Source of the DNA: Nemertoderma westbladi
Lineage: Eukaryota > Animalia > Xenacoelomorpha
Assembly: GCA_032718475.1 (NCBI GenBank)
Contig: JAUCBJ010005021.1
Span: forward strand, 16,451 to 80,450
Direction: 5' to 3'
Length of the DNA: 64,000 nucleotides
Positions 38,406 through 52,421 of the stretch are shown here, piece after piece. The position numbers and the translations under genes are program-made. Below the pieces are notes generated by a model. It saw only the letters and a program-made list of their open reading frames with translations. It was not told the DNA's origin and made no database searches. Position 1 is the stretch's first letter. Each line of letters opens with the position of its first letter.

Positions 38406-38989
38406 CATGGACGTGATTGCCAAATTTATTTGCCAATTTACACATTTCAAATTCCATTTTGTGTCGCAAAACCAGGTAATTAATTATAGGAAGTTATTTT
38501 TTCGGTACCGGTACCTACTTTTTTTAAAATCATTTTACCTATTTTTTAAATCATTTTACCTATTTTTTTAAATCATTTTACCTATATTTTTTCAAATTAT
38601 TATTTTTTACCTATAAATGTTATGACATCCAGATCGTCGACTATCAACTGGCAGACTGGTAACCTGAGTTGCTGAGTTAACCATAACCGAGAGAAAACAC
38701 TTATAGAGAATAATGTTGACAACTTGTCAACTTCAGTACATTTTACTGCCAATTACTGAATTAAAGGACTATTATTTGATTAAAATAAAGTAAGCGCAAA
38801 ACATAGCGTTTTTCATTCATTTTCAATTTAGCGAAATTCAAATCAGTCATTCTGTAGGATCTGAGTTCTATATTCTTACCATGTACAAGTACCGGTACTG
38901 TACAGTACGACGGAAGATTGTGTGAGCAAACTTTACACTTGTACAGTAATATAAAATTCGTTTAAAAAATACTTTTTTTTTAATTACAG

Positions 38990-39125
38990 CAATTGATGGA
39001 TAGGAGCAGGTTATATGGGTAGGCTTATCTAACCAAAACAATAAACAATCAAATTACCAATTGAGGGAAAGGACCAGGTTACGTTACAGATGCAAGTTTT
39101 TCTAACCAAAACAATAATCGATCAC
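38990..39125 (-). repeat. Two diverged units of the 68-bp repeat family
   Basis: GGAGCAGGTTA...CTAACCAAAACAATAAAC motifs. Confidence 0.85.
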
Positions 39126-39164
39126 CACACCAATTTTGTTTCCCTAACTTCTGGCAACTATTAT

Positions 39165-39340
39165 AGCATCCTATAGTTGCGATTGTTTCCCCGTTGTGGC
39201 AACTATAACATCTGTTGTGGCGATTGTTTCCCTCGTTGTGGCAACTATAGCATCTGTTGTGGCGATTATTTCCTCCGTTGTGGCCACTATAACATCTGTT
39301 GCGGCAATTGTTTCCCCAGTTGTGGCAACTACAGTAGTTG
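39165..39340. repeat. Small outlying block of the 21/42-bp minisatellite
   Basis: GTTGTGGCAACTATA(G/A)CATCT / GTTGTGGCGATTGTTTCC units. Confidence 0.9.
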
Positions 39341-39596
39341 ATTGATGAGCCTCTGCATTTATACGATACGGGCTTGGCACCGTTTTTTGTCTTCTTCAAG
39401 AATGTAAAACACAAAAAGCTGCATTACTGTAATTATTGTTTCGTATAATCGTACATACAGTATTGTATATGGATATATAAACACAATAATACATTGATAG
39501 CACAAACTTATTATGGATTAATTTAAGCACGACAAATATATATCAATACAGATTATCAGTAGTTTTAACTAAATCAATGTTCGTAAACGTTAGGGA

Positions 39597-42500
39597 AACA
39601 GTTGTGGCGATTGTTTCTCCCGTTGTGGCAACTCTTGTTGCATCTTTTGTAGCGATTGTTTCCCGCGCTGTGGCAACTATAGCATCTGTTGTGGCGATTG
39701 TTTCCTCCATTGTGGCAACTATAGTATCTGTTGTGGCGATTGTTTCCACTGTTGTGGCGATTGTTTCCTCTGTTGTCGCGATTGTTTTCCCCGTTGTGGC
39801 AACTATAGCATCTGTTGTGGCAATTATAGCATCTGTTGTGGCGATTTTTCCTCCGTTGTGGCAACTATAGCATCTGTTGCGGCGATTCTTTCCTCCGTTG
39901 TGGCAACTATAGCATCTGTCGTGGCGATTGTTTCCTCCGTTGTGGCAACTATAGCATCTGTCGTGGCGATTGTTTCCTCCGTTATGGCAACTATAGCATC
40001 TGTTGTGGCGATTGTTTCCTCTGTTGTGGCGATTTTTTCCTCTGTTGTGGCGATTGTTTCCCCCGTTGTGGAAACTATAGCATCTGTTGTGGCTATTCTT
40101 TCCTCCGTTGTGGCAACTATAGCATCTGTTGCGGCGATTCTTTCCTCCGTTGTGGCAACTATAGCATCTGTCGTGGCGATTGTTTCCTCCGTTGTGGCAA
40201 CTATAGCATCTGTCGTGGCGATTGTTTCCTCCGTTATGGCAACTATAGCATCTGTTGTGGCGATTGTTTCCTCTGTTGTGGCGATTTTTTCCTCTGTTGT
40301 GGCGATTGTTTCCCCCGTTGTGGAAACTATAGCATCTGTTGTGGCGATTGTTTCTCCCGTTGTGGCAACTCTTGTTGCATCTTTTGTAGCGATTGTTTCC
40401 CGCGCTGTGGCAACTATAGCATCTGTTGTGGCGATTGTTTCCTCCATTGTGGCAACTATAGTATCTGTTGTGGCGATTGTTTCCACTGTTGTGGCGATTG
40501 TTTCCTCTGTTGTCGCGATTGTTTTCCCCGTTGTGGCAACTATAGCATCTGTTGTGGCAATTATAGCATCTGTTGTGGCGATTCTTTCCTCCGTTGTGGC
40601 AACTATAGCATCTGTTGCGGCGATTCTTTCCTCCGTTGTGGCAACTATAGCATCTGTCGTGGCGATTGTTTCCTCCGTTGTGGCAACTATAGCATCTGTC
40701 GTGGCGATTGTTTCCTCCGTTATGGCAACTATAGCATCTGTTGTGGCGATTGTTTCCTCTGTTGTGGCGATTTTTTCCTCTGTTGTGGCGATTGTTTCCC
40801 CCGTTGTGGAAACTATAGCATCTGTTGTGGCGATTCTTTCCTCCGTTGTGGCAACTATAGCATCTGTTGCGGCGATTCTTTCCTCCGTCGTGGCAACTAT
40901 AGCAGCTGTCGTGGCGATTGTTTCCTCCGTTGTGGCAACTATAGCATCTGTCGTGGCGATTGTTTCCTCCGTTATGGCAACTATAGCATCTGTTGTGGCG
41001 ATTGTTTCCTCTGTTGTGGCGATTTTTTCCTTTGTTGTGGCGATTGTTTCCCCCGTTGTGGCAACTATAGCATCTGTTGTGGCAATTATAGCATCCTGTA
41101 GTTGCGATTGTTTCCTCGTTGTGGCAACTATAACATCTGTTGTGGCGATTGTTTCCCCCGTTGTGGCAACTATAGCATCTGTTGTGGCGATTGTTTCCCG
41201 CGTTGTGGCAACTATAGCATCTGTTGTGGCGATTGTTTCCTCCGTTGTGGCAACTATAGCATCTGTCGTGGCGATTGTTTCCTCTGTTGTGGCGATTGTT
41301 TCCCCCGTTGTGGCAACTATAGCATCTGTTGTGGCAATTATAGCATATGTTGTGGCGATTCTTTCCTCCGTTGTGGCAACTATAGCATCTGTTGCGGCGA
41401 TTGTTTTCTCCTTTGTGGCAACTATAGCATCTGTCGTGGCGATTGTTTCCTTCGTTGTGGCAACTATAGCATCTGTCGTGGCGATTGTTTCCTCCGTTGT
41501 GGCAACTATATCATCTGTTGTAGCGATTGTTTCATCTGTTGTGGCGATTGTTTCCTCTGTTGTGGCGGTTGTTTCCCCCGTTGTGGCAACTATAGCATCT
41601 GTCGTGGTGATTGTTTCCTCCGTTGTGGCAACTATAGCATCTGTCGTGGCGATTGTTTCCTCCGTTGTGGCAACTATATCATCTGTTGTAGCGATTGTTT
41701 CATCTGTTGTGGCGATTGTTTCCTCTGTTGTGGCGGTTGTTTCCCCCGTTGTGGCAACTATAGCATCTGTTGTGGCAATTATAGCATCTGTTGTGGCGAT
41801 TTTTCCTCCGTTGTGGCAACTATAGCATCTGTTGCGGCGATTGTTTCCTCCGTTGTGGCAACTATAGCATCTGCTGTGGCGATTGTTTCCCCCGTTGTGG
41901 CAACTATAGCATCTTTTGTGGCAATTATAGCATCTGTTGTGGCGATTCTTTCCTCCGTTGTGGCATCTATAGCATCTGTTGTGGCAATTATAGCATCTGT
42001 TGTGGCGATTCTTTCCTCCGTTGTGGCAACTATAGCACCTGTTGCGGCGATTGTTTCCCCCTTGTATGGCAACTATAGCTTCTGTTGTGGCGATTGTTTA
42101 CTCCATTGTGGCAACTATAGCATCTGTTGTGGCGATTGTTTCCTCCGTTGTGGCAACTATAGCATCTGTTGTGGCAATTATAGCATCTGTTGTGGCGATT
42201 CTTTCCTCCGTTGTGGCAACTATAGCATCTGTTGCGGCGATTCTTTCCTCCGTTGTGGCAACTATAGCATCTGTCGTGGCGATTGTTTCCTCCGTTGTGG
42301 CAACTATAGCATCTGTCGTGGCGATTGTTTCCTCCGTTATGGCAACTATAGCATCTGTTGTGGCGATTGTTTCCTCTGTTGTGGCGATTTTTTCCTCTGT
42401 TGTGGCGATTGTTTCCCCCGTTGTGGAAACTATAGCATCTGTTGTGGCGATTCTTTCCTCCGTTGTGGCAACTATAGCATCTGTTGCGGCGATTCTTTCC

Positions 42501-45500
42501 TCCGTTGTGGCAACTATAGCAGCTGTCGTGGCGATTGTTTCCTCCGTTGTGGCAACTATAGCATCTGTCGTGGCGATTGTTTCCTCCGTTATGGCAACTA
42601 TAGCATCTGTTGTGGCGATTGTTTCCTCTGTTGTGGCGATTTTTTCCTTTGTTGTGGCGATTGTTTCCCCCGTTGTGGCAACTATAGCATCTGTTGTGGC
42701 AATTATAGCATCCTGTAGTTGCGATTGTTTCCTCGTTGTGGCAACTATAACATCTGTTGTGGCGATTGTTTCCCCCGTTGTGGCAACTATAGCATCTGTT
42801 GTGGCGATTGTTTCCCGCGTTGTGGCAACTATAGCATCTGTTGTGGCGATTGTTTCCTCCGTTGTGGCAACTATAGCATCTGTCGTGGCGATTGTTTCCT
42901 CTGTTGTAGCGATTGTTTCCCCCGTTGTGGCAACTATAGCATCTGTTGTGGCAATTATAGCATATGTTGTGGCGATTCTTTCCTCCGTTGTGGCAACTAT
43001 AGCATCTGTTGCGGCGATTGTTTTCTCCTTTGTGGCAACTATAGCATCTGTCGTGGCGATTGTTTCCTCCGTTGTGGCAACTATAGCATCTGTCGTGGCG
43101 ATTGTTTCCTCCGTTGTAGCAACTATATCATCTGTTGTAGCGATTGTTTCATCTGTTGTGGCGATTGTTTCCTCTGTTGTGGCGGTTGTTTCCCCCGTTG
43201 TGGCAACTATAGCATCTGTCGTGGTGATTGTTTCCTCCGTTGTGGCAACTATAGCATCTGTCGTGGCGATTGTTTCCTCCGTTGTGGCAACTATATCATC
43301 TGTTGTAGCGATTGTTTCATCTGTTGTGGCGATTGTTTCCTCTGTTGTGGCGGTTGTTTCCCCCGTTGTGGCAACTATAGCATCTGTTGTGGCAATTATA
43401 GCATCTGTTGTGGCGATTTTTCCTCCGTTGTGGCAACTATAGCATCTGTTGCGGCGATTGTTTCCTCCGTTGTGGCAACTATAGCATCTGCTGTGGCGAT
43501 TGTTTCCCCCGTTGTGGCAACTATAGCATCTTTTGTGGCAATTATAGCATCTGTTGTGGCGATTCTTTCCTCCGTTGTGGCAACTATAGCATCTGTTGTG
43601 GCAATTATAGCATCTGTTGTGGCGATTCTTTCCTCCGTTGTGGCAACTATAGCACCTGTTGCGGCGATTGTTTCCCCCTTGTATGGCAACTATAGCTTCT
43701 GTTGTGGCGATTGTTTACTCCATTGTGGCAACTATAGCATCTGTTGTGGCGATTGTTTCCTCCGTTGTGGCAACTATAGCATCCGTTGCGGCGATTGTTT
43801 CACCCCTTGTATGGCAACTATAGCATCTGTTGTGGCGATTGTTACCTCCGTTTTGGCAACTATAGCATCTATTGCGGCCATTGTTTCCTCCGTTGTGACA
43901 ACTATAGCATCTGTTGTGGCGATTGTTACCTCCGTTTTGGCAACTATAGCATCTATTGCGGCCATTGTTTCCTCCGTTGTGACAACTATAGCATCTGTTG
44001 TGGCGATTGTTTCCTCCGTTGTGGCAACTATAGCATCTGTTGCGGCGATTGTTTCACCCCTTGTATGGCAACTATAGCATCTGTTGTGGCGATTGTTACC
44101 TCCGTTTTGGCAACTATAGCATCTATTGCGGCCATTGTTTCCTCCGTTGTGGCAACTATAGCATCTGTTGTGGCGATTTTTCCCTCCGTTGTGGCAACTA
44201 TAGCATCTGTTGTGGCGATTGTTTCCCCCGTTGTGGCAACTATAGCATTTTTTGTGGCAATTATAGCATCTGTTGTGGCGATTGTTTCCTCCGTTGTGGC
44301 AACTATAGCATCTGTTGTGGCGATTGTTTCCTCCGTTGTGGCAACTATAGCATCTGTTGTGGTGATTGTTTCCACCGTTGTGGCAACTATAGCATCTGTT
44401 GTGGCAACTACAGCATCTGTTGTGGCGATTGTTTCCCCCCTTGTATGGCAACTATAGCATCTGTTGTGGCGATTGTTTCCTCCGTTGTGGAAACTATAGC
44501 ATCTGTTGCGGCGATTGTTTCCTCCGTTGTGGCAACTATAGCATCTGTTATTGCGATTGTTTCCCCCCTTGTATGGCAACTATAGCATCTGTTGTGGCAA
44601 TTGTTTCCTCCGTTGTGGCAACTATAGCATCTGTCGCGGCGATTGTTTCCCTCCTTGTATGGCAACTACAGCATCTGTTGTGGCGATTGTTTCCTCCGTT
44701 GTGGCAACTATAGCATCTGTTGTGGTGATTGTTTCCTCCGTTGTGGCAACTATAGCATCTGTTGTGGTGATTGTTTCCACCGTTGTGGCAACTATAGCAT
44801 CTGTTGTGGCAACTATAGCATCCGTTGCGGCGATTGTTTCACCCCTTGTATGGCAACTATAGCATCTGTTGTGGCGATTGTTTCCTCCGTTGTGGCAACT
44901 ATAGCATCTGTTGCGGCCATTGTTTCCTCCGTTGTGACAACTATAGCATATGTTGCGGCGATTGTTTCCCTCCTTGTATGGCAACTATAGCATCTGTTGT
45001 GGCGATTGTTTCCTCCGTTGTGGCAACTATAGCATCTGTTGTGGCGTTTGTTTCCTCCGTTGTGGCAATTATAGCATCTGTTGCGGCGATTGTTTCCCCC
45101 CTTGTATGGCAACTATAGCATCTGTTGTGGCGATTGTTTCCTCCGTTGTGGCAACTATAGCATCTGTTGTGGCGATTGTTTCCTCCGTTGTGGCAACTAT
45201 ATCATCTGTTGTAGCGATTGTTTCATCTGTTGTGGCGATTGTTTCCTCTGTTGTGGCGGTTGTTACCTCCGTTTTGGCAACTATAGCATCTGTTGCGGCG
45301 ATTGTTTTTTCCTTTGTGGCAACTATAGCATCTGTCGTGGCGATTGTTTCCCCCCTTGTATGGCAACTATAGCATCTGTTGTGGCGATTGTTTCCTCCGT
45401 TGTGGCAACTATAGCATCTGTTGCGGCGATTGTTTCCCCCCTTGTATGGCAACTATATCATCTGTTATTGCGATTGTTTCCTCCGTTGTGGCAACTATAA

Positions 45501-47795
45501 CATCTGTTGTGGCGATTCTTTCCTCCGTTGTGGCAACTATAGCATCTGTTGCGGCGATTGTTTCCCCCTTGTTTGGCAACTATAGCATCTGTTGCGGCGA
45601 TTGTTTCCCTCATTGTATGGCAACTATAGCATCTGTTATTGCGATTGTTTCCTCCGTTGTGGCAACTATAGCATCTGTTATTGCGATTGTTACCTCCGTT
45701 TTGGCAACTATAGCATCTGTTGCGGCGATTGTTTTTTCCTTTGTGGCAACTATAGCATCTGTCGTGGCGATTGTTTCCCCCCTTGTATGGCAACTATAGC
45801 ATCTGTTGTGGCGATTGTTTCCTCCGTTGTGGCAACTATAGCATCTGTTGCGGCGATTGTTTCCCCCCTTGTATGGCAACTATAGCATCTGTTATTGCGA
45901 TTGTTTCCTCCGTTGTGGCAACTATAGCATCTGTTGTGGCGATTCTTTCCTCCGTTGTGGCAACTATAGCATCTGTTGCGGCGATTGTTTCCCCCTTGTT
46001 TGGCAACTATAGCATCTGTTGCGGCGATTGTTTCCCTCATTGTATGGCAACTATAGCATCTGTTATTGCGATTGTTACCTCCGTTTTGGCAACTATAGCA
46101 TCTGTTGCGGCGATTGTTTTTTCCTTTGTGGCAACTATAGCATCTGTCGTGGCGATTTTTTCCCCCCTTGTATGGCAACTATAGCATCTGTTGCGGCGAT
46201 TGTTTCCCCCCTTGTATGGCAACTATAGCATCTGTTATTGCGATTGTTTCCTCCGTTGTGGCAACTATAGCATCTGTCGCGGCGATTGTTTCCCTCCTTG
46301 TATGGCAACTATAGCATCTGTTGCGGCGATTGTTTCCCCCCTTGTATGGCAACTATAGCATCTGTTATTGCGATTGTTTCCTCCGTTGTGGCAACTATAG
46401 CATCTGTTGTGGCGATTGTTTCCTCCGTTGTGGCAATTATAGCATCTGTTGCGGCGATTGTTTCCCCCCTTGTATGGCAACTATAGCATCTGTTGTGGTG
46501 ATTGTTTCCTCCGTTGTGGCAATTATAGCATCTGTTGCGGCGATTGTTTCCCCCCTTGTATGGCAACTATAGCATCTGTTGTGGCGATTCTTTCCTCCGT
46601 TGTGGCAACTATAGCATCTGTTGTGAAGATTGTTTCCCCCCTTGTATGGCAACTATAGCATCTGTTGTGGCGATTGTTTCCTCCGTTGTGGCAACTATAG
46701 CATCTGTTGTGGCGATTGTTTCCTCCGTTGTGGCAACTATAGCATCTGTTGTGGCGATTGTTGCCTCCGTTGTGGCAACTATAGCATCTGTTGTGGCGAT
46801 TGTTTCCTCCGTTGTGGCAACTATAGCATCTGTTGCGGCGATTGTTTCCCCCCTTGTATGGGTACTATAGCATCTGTTATTGCGATTGTTTCCTCCGTTG
46901 TGGCAACTATAGCATCTGTTGTGGCGATTGTTTCCTCCGTTGTGGCAACTATAGCATCTGTTGTGGCGATTGTTTCCTCCGTTGTGGCAACTATAGCATC
47001 TGTTGCGGCGATTGTTTCCCCCCTTGTATGGCAACTATAGCATCTGTTGTGGCGATTGTTTCCTCCGTTGTGGCAACTATAGCATCTGTTGTGGCGATTC
47101 TTTCCTCCGTTGTGGCAACTATAGCATCTGTTGCGGCGATTGTTTCCCCCTTGTTTGGCAACTATAGTTTCCCCCTTGTTTCTTCCATTGGGGCAACTAT
47201 CATCTGTTTTGGCGATTGTTTCATCCGATGTGGCAACTATAGCATCTGTTTTGGCGATTGTTTCATCCGTTGTGGCAACTATAGCATCTGTTGCGGCGAT
47301 TGCTTCCCCCTTGTTTGGCAACTATAGTTTCCCCCTTGTTTCTTCCATTGGGGCAACTATCATCTGTTTTGGCGATTGTTTCATCCGATGTGGCAACTAT
47401 AGCATCTGTTGCGGCGATTGTTTCCCCCTTGTTTGGCAACTATAGTTTCCCCCTTGTTTCTTCCATTGGGGCAACTATCATCTGTTTTGGCGATTGTTTC
47501 ATCCGATGTGGCAACTATAGCATCTGTTTTGGCGATTGTTTCCCCCTTGTTTGGCAACTATAGTTTCCCCCTTGTTTCTTCCATTGGGGCAACTATCATC
47601 TGTTTTGGCGATTGTTTCATCCGATGTGGCAACTATAGCATCTGTTGCGGCGATTGTTTCCCCCTTGTTTGGCAACTATAGTTTCCCCCTTGTTTCTTCC
47701 ATTGGGGCAACTATCATCTGTTTTGGCGATTGTTTCATCCGATGTGGCAACTATAGCATCTGTTATGGCGATTGTTACCTCCGTTGTGGCAACTA
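39597..47795. repeat. ~8.2-kb minisatellite of two related 21-bp monomers (42-bp dimer) with higher-order repeats
   Basis: Monomers GTTGTGGCAACTATAGCATCT and GTTGTGGCGATTGTTTCCTCC. 1617-bp duplication (41102 vs 42719), 44-bp variant in the right half, 118-bp unit at ~47160-47760. Confidence 0.98.
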
Positions 47796-48268
47796 TACGG
47801 TAGCATCTCTTGTGTTGAAAATGTTCATAATATTCGGTTGTCGCAATTGTTCCATCCAATATGGCAATGGCAAGTCCCATTGTATTAATTATTTCCTACG
47901 ATATCAGAATATGGCAAGTATAAACCATATTATGACGATTAAACAAAACAATTAAATAAATATGAAAAACCAGAAAACCGGCCCTGTACCGGTACCGGTT
48001 TTTTTAGAACCGACCTGCACCTAGTTCACCTTGGGTGGCTAGATGCAAATATGTACCTAAAAAATCTATATATCCTTAGCTTATGCTTTGAGAAGTAAAC
48101 TACAGTATAGTACTGTTGTATATCATGCACCAAACCATTTTAAAATCCAAATTCAATGTGATTTACGGATTCTGCACCCTAAAATCAGTCAAAATCAAAT
48201 TAAATTAACAATTCCCAGATATAATTAACCAAAGTTCAGTTTTGTGTCTGATTTTTGATATCTCGCCA

Positions 48269-49790
48269 TGTTCCGTGTTCCCCCTGAGGTCTTTAATATA
48301 CCTGAGTGTTTAATGCTCATCTATCCCATCATAGTAGACATGTACCGTACAACAAGAGTCCCACAAGAAATTAAAACAAATAAGTTGGTGCCAGTTCCCA
48401 AGAAGGGCAACCTAACACTCTATGGTTCTTTTCGGGGAATCTCATTGATCTCGATTGCTGCAAAGCTATACAATAGAATTCTATTAAATCGCATCAGGGA
48501 TCCCATTGAGAGACTGCTCCGTGGAAATCAGAATGGGTTCCGTAAAGGTCGTGGGACCATAGAGCCCATTGTGGCACTTAGAAGGATAATTGAAGAGTTA
48601 TCAAAAAAGAAAGACAGGCATCTGGCTGTTATCTTTGTTGACTTCTTCAAGGCCTTTGATTCAGTCTCTCGTTCACGTATGTTCAGCATACTTTCATTAT
48701 ATGGGATTCCTGATGAAATTATTGCAGCAATCAGATCAGTATACGATGGTTCGACAACATTTGTGTCTACTTTTGACGCTGACACATAACCATTTGAAGT
48801 GTTATGGGGCGTCCTCCAGGGAGACACACTTGCACCATTCTTGTTCATAATTGTTGTTGACTATGTTCTACGCATGTCCTTAGATCATCATAATGATGAT
48901 GGGGTGATGATAATTCCACCTACTGGCTCCAGAAGTCGAGGAAATCCTGCCAAGTACCTAACTGATCTAGACTTTGCTGATGACTTAGGAGTACTCTCAG
49001 AATCACTAGAGGGAGCCCAACGGCTCCTCAGCTCATTAGAACATGCTGCTTCTAGTGTTGGTCTTTTTATTAACTCCAGAAAGACCAAAATTTTGACAGT
49101 TAACTTTGAAAGTCCTCAGCAAGTCTCTGATCGGATGAGCATAAGCTCAAAAGATGGTATGCTTGAGCATGTGGATGACTTCTGTTACCTGGGATCATGG
49201 ATCCGGAAGTCAGGTGAGGACATTCGAATACGTAAGGGAAAGGTATGGGCAGCCTTGAATAGGCCTTCCAGGATTTGGAAGTCACCGAGAATTAATCGGA
49301 AACTTAAGGTCCGGTTATTTAGAGCAGCAGTAGTTCCAGTACTCCTCTATGGGAGTCCATGCTGGGCTCTAACTGCTGAGGACACCAAATCTCTGGACGG
49401 CACATTCACAAGAATGCTACACCGGGTTCATTGTGTCAAATTCAATGCACACATCTCCAACCAGACACTATATAACATTGGAGGTGTCTCATTGGTTCCC
49501 CCAAGCTTGACACTAGAACAAAATCGCCTCCGCTTTGCAGGACATTGCTTGCGCCGTGAGGACCAGCCAGTGCATAATCTTGTACTTTGGCAGCCTCATG
49601 GAGTGAATAAACATGTTGGACAGCCCATGACTTTCTTGAGACGCATCTTAAAGGACACTGGCCTTGAAGATGCGGATGATCTAGCAAATGTCATGGGTGA
49701 TAGGGAGTTGTGGCGGTGCAATTTTGTCGATAAGCCGGCACAGCATTCTTAATAATGCAGCTGCAATGCAGCATGCCGATCCTAGTAGTA
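48269..49790 (+). mobile_element. 5'-truncated RTE-clade LINE (RT and C-terminus)
   Basis: PVPKKG, FRGISL, QNGFRKGR, FVDFFKAFDSV, GVLQGDTLAPFLF, DFADD, YLGS, LLYG. One stop at 48787. (TAG)n tail; 12-bp TSD GATATCTCGCCA (48257-68, 49791-802). Confidence 0.95.
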
Positions 49791-50242
49791 GATATCTCGC
49801 CAAATGGCGCTTAAGCGCAAATTAAGCAGATGCTTGAGGGAGCATTTCCCATGCTGCCATGGGTTTGTGATGAATTTTTTTTACTAAACATTGTTTTGAA
49901 TGGTTAGACCAAATATACGGCCAGCATGTTGTCGATGTGACCTTAAAAAAAGAGGCCAGTTTTTTTTTACACTATTTTGATATGGGGAGAGTTCAATAAA
50001 TTTTCATTTGCTTCAATTTGGTCAACGGACGTAATTGAAGTCTCTTCGTTAAGCAAGATACTAAATTTTATGGTAGCTAGTGTTTTAGGTAGGTTTAGCT
50101 AGTAATTTCAACACTGGTTCCGACATTCTACTTCCCTCTATAAATATTTTGTAGTAGCTAGTTCTTATTACTATTTGTATAGAAAATGTTCCAGAACATG
50201 TTAGCTATTCATTTTCACGAAAAAATCACGTTCTAGAACGAG

Positions 50243-50501
50243 TATTTTTGGTTATAGAACATTTTTTAGAAAAAAATCTAGATTATATTTAAAATCCATA
50301 GAATCGTTTTAAAACGTGTTTAAAATCAATAAAAAAAAATTTTCAAAACTTTTTTTTTCACAAAATTTTATTCACAATTTTTTTTTCACAATTTTTTTTC
50401 GCAATTTTTTTTTATTGATTTTAAACAAGTTTTAGAACGATTCCATGCGTTTTAAATAGAATACAGATTTTTTTCTAAAAAATGTTCTAGAACAAAAAAT
50501 A
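50243..50501. mobile_element. AT-rich palindromic MITE-like foldback
   Basis: ~100-bp imperfect inverted arms (TATTTTTGGTTATAGAACATTTTTT... / ...AAAAAATGTTCTAGAACAAAAAATA). Confidence 0.7.
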
Positions 50502-50800
50502 GAAGCAAAGATAATACGAAACAAGAACACAGATCTAATTATATTCTATTAACAATTAGTTCTGCTAACAATCTTTTTTAAAATATAATTCTTAATCAAC
50601 AACAACAATAGGAATCTCAAATAGGCCCCTATATGACATTAAAGAGTTCTCCTCAAGATTCACTCGACAGGTCGACCTCGACATGCTCAGGATCTAAATC
50701 GACAACAGTGGTGGCATCTGTAAGCTTTGTCCGTAACCTAACAGGCGCGTGTTTAAGCCAGTCCTTTATTTTATTAAGCCAGTCCTTTTTTAGGGAAGGC

Positions 50801-50883
50801 AAGCCCGTAGCCGGGGGGGGGGGGGGGGGGGGGGGTTCGTTGGTTCGAACGAACCGCCCCTTTAAAATCCTGGCTACGGGCCT
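50801..50883. mobile_element. Tiny MITE with poly-G core
   Basis: A(A/G)GCCCGTAGCC / GGCTACGGGCCT inverted ends, flanked by direct repeat GGAAGGC. Confidence 0.7.
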
Positions 50884-51674
50884 GGAAGGCAGGAATCAAA
50901 TCATGAATAATGAATAAAAAGTGAACTGCAGAACTGAATGAAGAATGTATTGTTTGATATATTATATTGTAGTCTCCACTGGGCAAGTCCACACAAGCCT
51001 ATTTGAGGACGTTGCTCAAACGTTCAAACAACGTGATTGCAACATGATGAACGAAAGTTTGACGTTAAATAAGCGTTGAATACCTTAACGTTGCCTAAAA
51101 GTGACAAATAACATTTATTCAACGTCCATTTTTAGTTATTGGCATAATGGTAATATAAATTACGCAAAGTGAACCTTTACAACATTCACAATTTTATATT
51201 CATTCACTAAATATAACGAAAATTGAACGTTCATTTAATCTATGCAGCCATGGTACTGTGGTACGTTCAGTGAACTATATTTGCTACCTGGGAAAGCTGG
51301 GATATATAGTAGGCCATGGTTGGACAATGATTTGGGCAGTGATTTTTTATGTCCTTTTATTTGACTTTTTTGTCCTCCTTTTTTTACGAATTGTGCATAA
51401 TGACTTTTGTTGTCCCTTTAATGACTAATGCCTATGGATATTTAATGGATAATGCCTATGCCAAAACATTCAAAATTTGGAGATTTCTGGTCTGTCGGAC
51501 TGTTGGTTTCACTATGCCTGTGCCAAAACATTCAAAATTCCATGATTTTTAGACTATGAGATCGATTTCCATATGCGCCTGTGGTAAAAGACTCTAAATT
51601 TAATAGTTTGTGGTTGTTGTCGATAATCGATTACCGCATGACGTAGCAAAACACTCATTTTATAGCCAAAAACA

Positions 51675-52421
51675 ATTACCAATTGATGGAAAGGAGCAGG
51701 TTAGAGAGGCGGGCCTTTCTAACCAAAACAATAAACGATCATTTAACTAATTGAGGGAAAGGCAAAGGAGCGGGTTACAGAGGCGGGATTTTCTAACCAA
51801 AACAATAAACAGTCACTTTACCAAATCAGGGAAAGGAGCAGGTTACAGAGACGGGATTTTCTAACCAAAACAATAAACGATAACATTACCAATTGAGAGA
51901 AAGGAGCAGGTTACAGAGGCGGGATTTTCTAACCAAAACAATAAACGATAACATTACCAATTGAGAGAAAGGAGCAGGTTACAGAGGCGGGATTTTCTAA
52001 CCAAAACAATAAACGATAACATTACCAATTGAGAGAAAGGAGCAGGTTACAAAGGCGGGATTTCCTAACCAAAACAATAAACTATATCACTTAACTAATT
52101 GAGGGAAGGGGGCAGGTTACAGAGACGGGATTTTCTAACCAAAACAATAAACGATAACATTACCAATTGAGAGAAAGGAGCAGGTTACAAAGGCGGGATT
52201 TCCTAACCAAAACAATAAACTATATCACTTAACTAATTGAGGGAAAGGGGCAGGTTACAGAGGCGGGATTTTCTAACCAAAACAATAATCAGTCACTTTA
52301 CAAAATGAAGGAAAGGAGCAGGTTACAGAGGCGGGCCTTTCTAATCAAAACAATAAACGGTCACTTTACCAAATCAGGGAAAGGAGCAGGTTACAGAGGC
52401 GGGATTTTCTAATCAAAACAA
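51675..52421 (-). repeat. 68-bp tandem repeat (~11 units), same family as 6740-7054, opposite strand
   Basis: GGAGCAGGTTACAGAGGCGGGATTTTCTAACCAAAACAATAAAC units. Confidence 0.95.

Noticed and set aside
38343-38415. Functional tRNA gene
   Set aside because: Acceptor and T stems do not pair; treated as a SINE head or pseudogene.
39597-47795. CRISPR-like array
   Set aside because: No unique spacers, eukaryotic context, no cas genes.
39574-47955. Dozens of Cys-rich (CCGDCFLR), hydrophobic (VVAIVSS) and NRCYSCH ORFs
   Set aside because: By-products of a repeat unit that is a multiple of 3. Overlapping frames are open on both strands and broken by frequent indels.
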